Shown piece by piece: positions 60,119-64,000 of a stretch of DNA of 64,000 bases. The stretch is from positions 1-64,000 of IMG/VR virus record IMGVR_UViG_3300009034_000001; one strand, written 5' to 3'. Position 1 is the stretch's first letter, and each line of letters starts with the position of its first letter. The position numbers and the translations under genes were made by a program. The notes beneath the pieces are model-generated. The model was not told the origin of the DNA. It saw only the letters and a list, made by a program, of their open reading frames with translations, and did no database searches.

Positions 60119-61411
60119 CTAAACGCTTTGTTCGCCAAGTGTTAAATCTGCGTTGTACTGGTATCGAATGTCTTCTTTCCCGATATTTACGAACTTCAAA
60201 TTTATTGGGAACCGCCAAGAAACACCTACTCTCTTGTGGATGCCCATGAACACCTGCTTCGGCTCTGCAGATGTAAACATTTTACCGAGGGAGTATTCGT
60301 TTCCACCGATGAAAGACCCGTTAATGATCTTTTCCCCTTTCACTCGATCGAGAAATGCGGTATTGTGAAAGTGGCCCATTGCGACATACTCGAAGAACTC
60401 ACCTTGACTAGCCAGCAGCTCCGATAAACGATGCACAGCCCTATCGATCCCGTACCACGGAATCCCTGCCCAACCTCTGATGTTATCTCCATGCAATATT
60501 AAAAACTTATGTCCATTAATTTCGCGTACACGGTAGAAACACTTCGGAAGATCAAACTTAACGTTTGATTGATCTTTTAGAGCCAATGTTAACATTTGGT
60601 ACAAGACATGGTCCCAGTTCACATATTGATTCTTATAACGTATCTCCTTTGTCATCCTCCCGTGATTACCAACCACGCCAACAAACTCAACCTCTTCGAA
60701 GTTTGCAGCCATATCTCTAATGAACTGTGAAATGACAGTTGCGCCACCAAGACACCATTCCATTACAGTTGTGTGTGAAGATTCAATTAACTCATTGTGA
60801 ATTGTTCCACAGACAAAATCTCCTAAACCTAAAATCCACAGTTTAGGAAGGTTGTAGTTCTTCAGATGTGTTCGTTTCAATTTTATTATGGTGTCTGCCA
60901 AAAACTGCAATCGTCGAACGAACTCACCAAAGTTGTAGTTGTTAATTCCGCCCACCTGTTCAAAACTGACGTCTTCACCAATATGAGGGTCGCCAAAGAG
61001 TAGTACCGAATGTTCCATTTCAACTGTCCTATCAACCGTTTGTATCGGAACGTATGGAGCAACCGGTAACACTTTCATACCATCACGTAACGTTTCCGTA
61101 ATTCGATCCTGCAGTGCCAGACGTTTAAATGCTTCCCTCAACTTTCTACGTGTTTGAACTAAATCTGCATTCAGCCGGAAGATTTCCGCCTCGAAGTCAA
61201 TAGATGTTGAATCGTTAGTAGTAGGATGAATAAAGGTTGACTTTGCCTTAGCGCGTTTAAACTCATTTAGATTAATTAGCCATATTCCCGGCTTCTCCGG
61301 ATCCTGTTGCATACTAACGTTATGTCGTTTTGCATACCTGACGATACTACTCTGATTAGCATAAGGATACAGCTCCATTAGTTGTTTTGAAGTTACCCAA
61401 ATTGGTTCCAT
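60119..61411 (-). CDS. Calcineurin-like metallophosphoesterase with N-terminal HTH-like and coiled-coil regions
   Basis: GDPH, LGD, GNHG, HGD, GHFH motifs. Confidence 0.88.
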   Translation of the reverse strand: MEPIWVTSKQLMELYPYANQSSIVRYAKRHNVSMQQDPEKPGIWLINLNEFKRAKAKSTFIHPTTNDSTSIDFEAEIFRLNADLVQTRRKLREAFKRLALQDRITETLRDGMKVLPVAPYVPIQTVDRTVEMEHSVLLFGDPHIGEDVSFEQVGGINNYNFGEFVRRLQFLADTIIKLKRTHLKNYNLPKLWILGLGDFVCGTIHNELIESSHTTVMEWCLGGATVISQFIRDMAANFEEVEFVGVVGNHGRMTKEIRYKNQYVNWDHVLYQMLTLALKDQSNVKFDLPKCFYRVREINGHKFLILHGDNIRGWAGIPWYGIDRAVHRLSELLASQGEFFEYVAMGHFHNTAFLDRVKGEKIINGSFIGGNEYSLGKMFTSAEPKQVFMGIHKRVGVSWRFPINLKFVNIGKEDIRYQYNADLTLGEQSV

Positions 61412-61509
61412 TTGGTACCTCCTATTTGGTTATTTTTGCGAAACGGTTTATTACACAGAATTTGTAAGTTTCCAATATATATAGAATTAAAATCATCACA
61501 ATGGTAATA

Positions 61510-61547
61510 ACGGAATGGCGGATCATTTACTGTTTCCACCATTCCGT
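61510..61547 (-). terminator. 13-bp stem-loop downstream of the Kelch gene
   Basis: ACGGAATGGTGGA-N12-TCCGCCATTCCGT with one G-U pair on the minus strand, followed by TATT. Confidence 0.55.
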
Positions 61548-61564
61548 ATTAATTAAATCTTAAC

Positions 61565-63904
61565 TTAATCACCAATACATTCTTCAATCATATCGCCTAA
61601 TTGACATTCTGTAGCAAGAGGACATGTACCTTGATTAAGCAATTCTCTCTCTGCATCGGTAAGTTTAACTTTATTTTTGATTTTCTGCCCAAGTTTCATG
61701 TTGGCAACTACCGGACAACTACCACAATCGAGTTCTAAAGCAGAAGCATCTTTCAATTCGGCATCTCCATCCAGCATATCATCAACCACTAACATATTAG
61801 CAATTGGGCAACCTGTCATTTTATCCTTTTTCTTGTGTGCACCTGCTTTCTTAAAATCAGGAACAAAATCATATTCCTGACTGATTTCGTCCACGACAGG
61901 TGTAGAACCGGGTTCGAATGTACACTCCAACTTAAGCCAACGTCCAATTCGTCTCACATCAACGGGGAAAGTTTCGTGGTAACCGTCTTTTGGTGTCCAC
62001 TGTACTTTATCAAAGTTCTTCTGTAATTGCGTTGTCTTAACTCTAACCTTGAGATTGGAATTGCCTCGTTCCGTACCAGTCACATTTAGAGTACCCCAAC
62101 GAGTATATGGTTTATCCGCTTTAAATTCAACGGTCCAAGTACCGGTATTGAAGTTACCTTCTTCAGTAATTGGCTGATAGTTTGCACCTAAGCCGTAATG
62201 CCATCCGCCAAAGCTTAAACCAGCGCCCTGAATCCCAGCACCAGCTAGTTGGTATCTAGATACATTTAAGTCGCCAATGTACAACCACGAAGTACCATCA
62301 AATTCCTCCGTCCAATAATGATACTTCGCAAGATATTCATATCCTCCGAAAGCTAGACCTGCATTTTGAGTGCCACAACCGGCTAAGTACGCACGAGCAG
62401 CAATTAAATTACCTCCAGCCGACCAAGAAGTTCCGTCATACGTCTCCGTAGTATTCAAAATTTGAATAGCGATGTCGTCCCAACCACCAAAGCTTAAGCC
62501 TGCATTCTGAGTTCCGCAACCAGCTAGCCCATATCGAAATTTATTAAGGTTGTTGCTAGCAGTCCATACCGCACCATCATATTCTTCAGTGAAACCAACA
62601 CGTGCGGATACATAACCACCAAAGCTCAAACCTGCATTTTGTACACCGCAACCCGCGAGGGTCCAACGAGCTGTATTAAGATTGCCCCCTAAAGACCAAT
62701 TTGTACCATCATATTCTTCTGCGGGCTGGGCCGGCGCACCAATAGAATATCCGCCAAAAGCCAAGCCTGCATTCTGAGTTCCGCAACCAGCACAAGCTTC
62801 CCGAGCAACGTTTAAATTCCCGCCAGGCAACCAACCTGTTCCGTCATACTCTTCAGTTGTTACGGAACGACCAGTACTTTCGACGCCACCAAAACTCAAA
62901 CCTGCATTTTGTAGGCCACAGCCAGCAAGGCCTCGACGAGCTGTATTAAGGTTGCCTCCTAAAGTCCAAACGTGCATTCCTCTTAAACTACCTGCTAAAA
63001 TTGGTTCCAGACCGGTATGAGGAGCATATTCTTCAGTTGTTCCTAAAATATTCAGTGTCGCATCATCGTGACCACCAAAGGATAAACCAGCTTGTGTGGT
63101 ACCGCACCCGGCTAAAGATGAACGTGCAACATTGAGATTGACCGAGCTGGTCCAACTTGCGCCGTCATATTCCTCCGTGGTTCCCATCGGGCCATAACCA
63201 CCAAAGGAGAGACCGGCATTTTGTGTGCCACAGCCAGCTAATCTGTTTCGAGCAGTATTCAAACTTCCACCAAGAGACCAGGTTGCGCCATCGTATTCTT
63301 CCGTTGTTGCCAACCATGATCCACCAAAACTAAGCCCCGCGTTCTGACTACCGCAACCGGCTAATGAGTCACGTGGTTGATTTAGGCTGCCACCAACGGT
63401 CCAAGTTGCGCCGTTATATTCCTCCGTGGCTCCCGACAAAGTGGCGCCATCCCAACCGCCAAAGGAAAGACCTGCACTTTGAGTTCCAGCTCCAGCTAGA
63501 TATCCACGGCCAGTATTGAGATTACCACCTAGTGACCATACTGAGCCGTCGTATTCCTCGGATAATGGGGAAATGCCGTTTGTATATCCGCCAAAGGAAA
63601 GACCAGCGACTTGGGTGCCACAACCGGCTAGAAACCTTTTTTTGTTGTTTAAGTTACCGCCTACAGCCCAAGAAGCTCCATTATATTCTTCCGTGTCCTT
63701 CACAAGAGTATATGCTGGGTATTCTCCACCAAAGGAGAGACCGGCATTTTGTGTGCCACATCCTGCGAGCCACTTACGCGCTTTATTCAAATTGCCACCA
63801 AGTGTCCAACCACCAACTATGTAACCAGTAGCTTTAAAATCAAGGTTATTTAAAACACCCTCATTAAAGTCTTCAATTTCTGTCCAAGTTTTTGTTTGAA
63901 TCAT
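61565..63904 (-). CDS. Kelch-like double beta-propeller protein with C-terminal Cys-repeat domain
   Basis: 12 repeats W..GG.LN..R..LAGCG.Q.AGLSFGG...TEEY.G, arranged as 6+6. Confidence 0.88.
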   Translation of the reverse strand: MIQTKTWTEIEDFNEGVLNNLDFKATGYIVGGWTLGGNLNKARKWLAGCGTQNAGLSFGGEYPAYTLVKDTEEYNGASWAVGGNLNNKKRFLAGCGTQVAGLSFGGYTNGISPLSEEYDGSVWSLGGNLNTGRGYLAGAGTQSAGLSFGGWDGATLSGATEEYNGATWTVGGSLNQPRDSLAGCGSQNAGLSFGGSWLATTEEYDGATWSLGGSLNTARNRLAGCGTQNAGLSFGGYGPMGTTEEYDGASWTSSVNLNVARSSLAGCGTTQAGLSFGGHDDATLNILGTTEEYAPHTGLEPILAGSLRGMHVWTLGGNLNTARRGLAGCGLQNAGLSFGGVESTGRSVTTEEYDGTGWLPGGNLNVAREACAGCGTQNAGLAFGGYSIGAPAQPAEEYDGTNWSLGGNLNTARWTLAGCGVQNAGLSFGGYVSARVGFTEEYDGAVWTASNNLNKFRYGLAGCGTQNAGLSFGGWDDIAIQILNTTETYDGTSWSAGGNLIAARAYLAGCGTQNAGLAFGGYEYLAKYHYWTEEFDGTSWLYIGDLNVSRYQLAGAGIQGAGLSFGGWHYGLGANYQPITEEGNFNTGTWTVEFKADKPYTRWGTLNVTGTERGNSNLKVRVKTTQLQKNFDKVQWTPKDGYHETFPVDVRRIGRWLKLECTFEPGSTPVVDEISQEYDFVPDFKKAGAHKKKDKMTGCPIANMLVVDDMLDGDAELKDASALELDCGSCPVVANMKLGQKIKNKVKLTDAERELLNQGTCPLATECQLGDMIEECIGD

Positions 63905-64000
63905 ATCTTAAATCACCTCCTTTTCAAAACGATTTATGCAAATTATAAGTTTCTTGACGTTTTAACCGCAGTCATATGCGTTGGCATCTTAATGAACATA

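Noticed and set aside
51920-63904. Diversity-generating retroelement acting on the propeller repeats
   Set aside because: No reverse transcriptase and no non-coding template repeat with adenine-specific mismatches seen in the window.

Overview
The whole 64 kb window reads as one segment of a large tailed dsDNA phage or prophage with a long non-contractile tail. Essentially all credible genes are on the minus strand. In transcription order (right to left) it carries: a double Kelch-propeller protein, a metallophosphoesterase, an HNH remnant, a prohead protease/scaffold, the major capsid protein, neck genes, the tail tube, a frameshifted tail chaperone, an inserted speD-like + DUF3326 pair, the tape measure, and a GTA/BR0599-type tail tip. 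Next come a ~10 kb glycosyltransferase/methyltransferase island and then ~21 kb of small ORFs mixed with cell-like enzymes. Those enzymes are an archaeal-type RNase HII, both halves of HldE (ADP-heptose synthesis), a glucosyl/mannosylglycerate synthase-like GT, a radical-SAM-like protein, MetAP, an MttB-superfamily methyltransferase, a GMP-synthase glutaminase, and an NAD-dependent ligase cut off by the left edge. Near-consensus sigma70 promoters and GGAGG RBSs point to a bacterial host, and the cargo suggests an anaerobe (inference). No terminase, portal, integrase, tRNA or CRISPR is visible. The best candidates for new biology are: (1) a ~26-aa Cys-containing motif shared by a standalone head-region protein and two beta-propeller proteins, possibly a modular capsid-display anchor; (2) a possible virion or cell-surface glycosylation system linked to heptose activation; (3) a phage-borne MttB homolog; (4) several translation oddities missed by the ORF track (ATT start, nested scaffold start, -1 frameshift, in-frame UGA with a hairpin). 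All family calls come from motifs recognised by eye, not from database searches.
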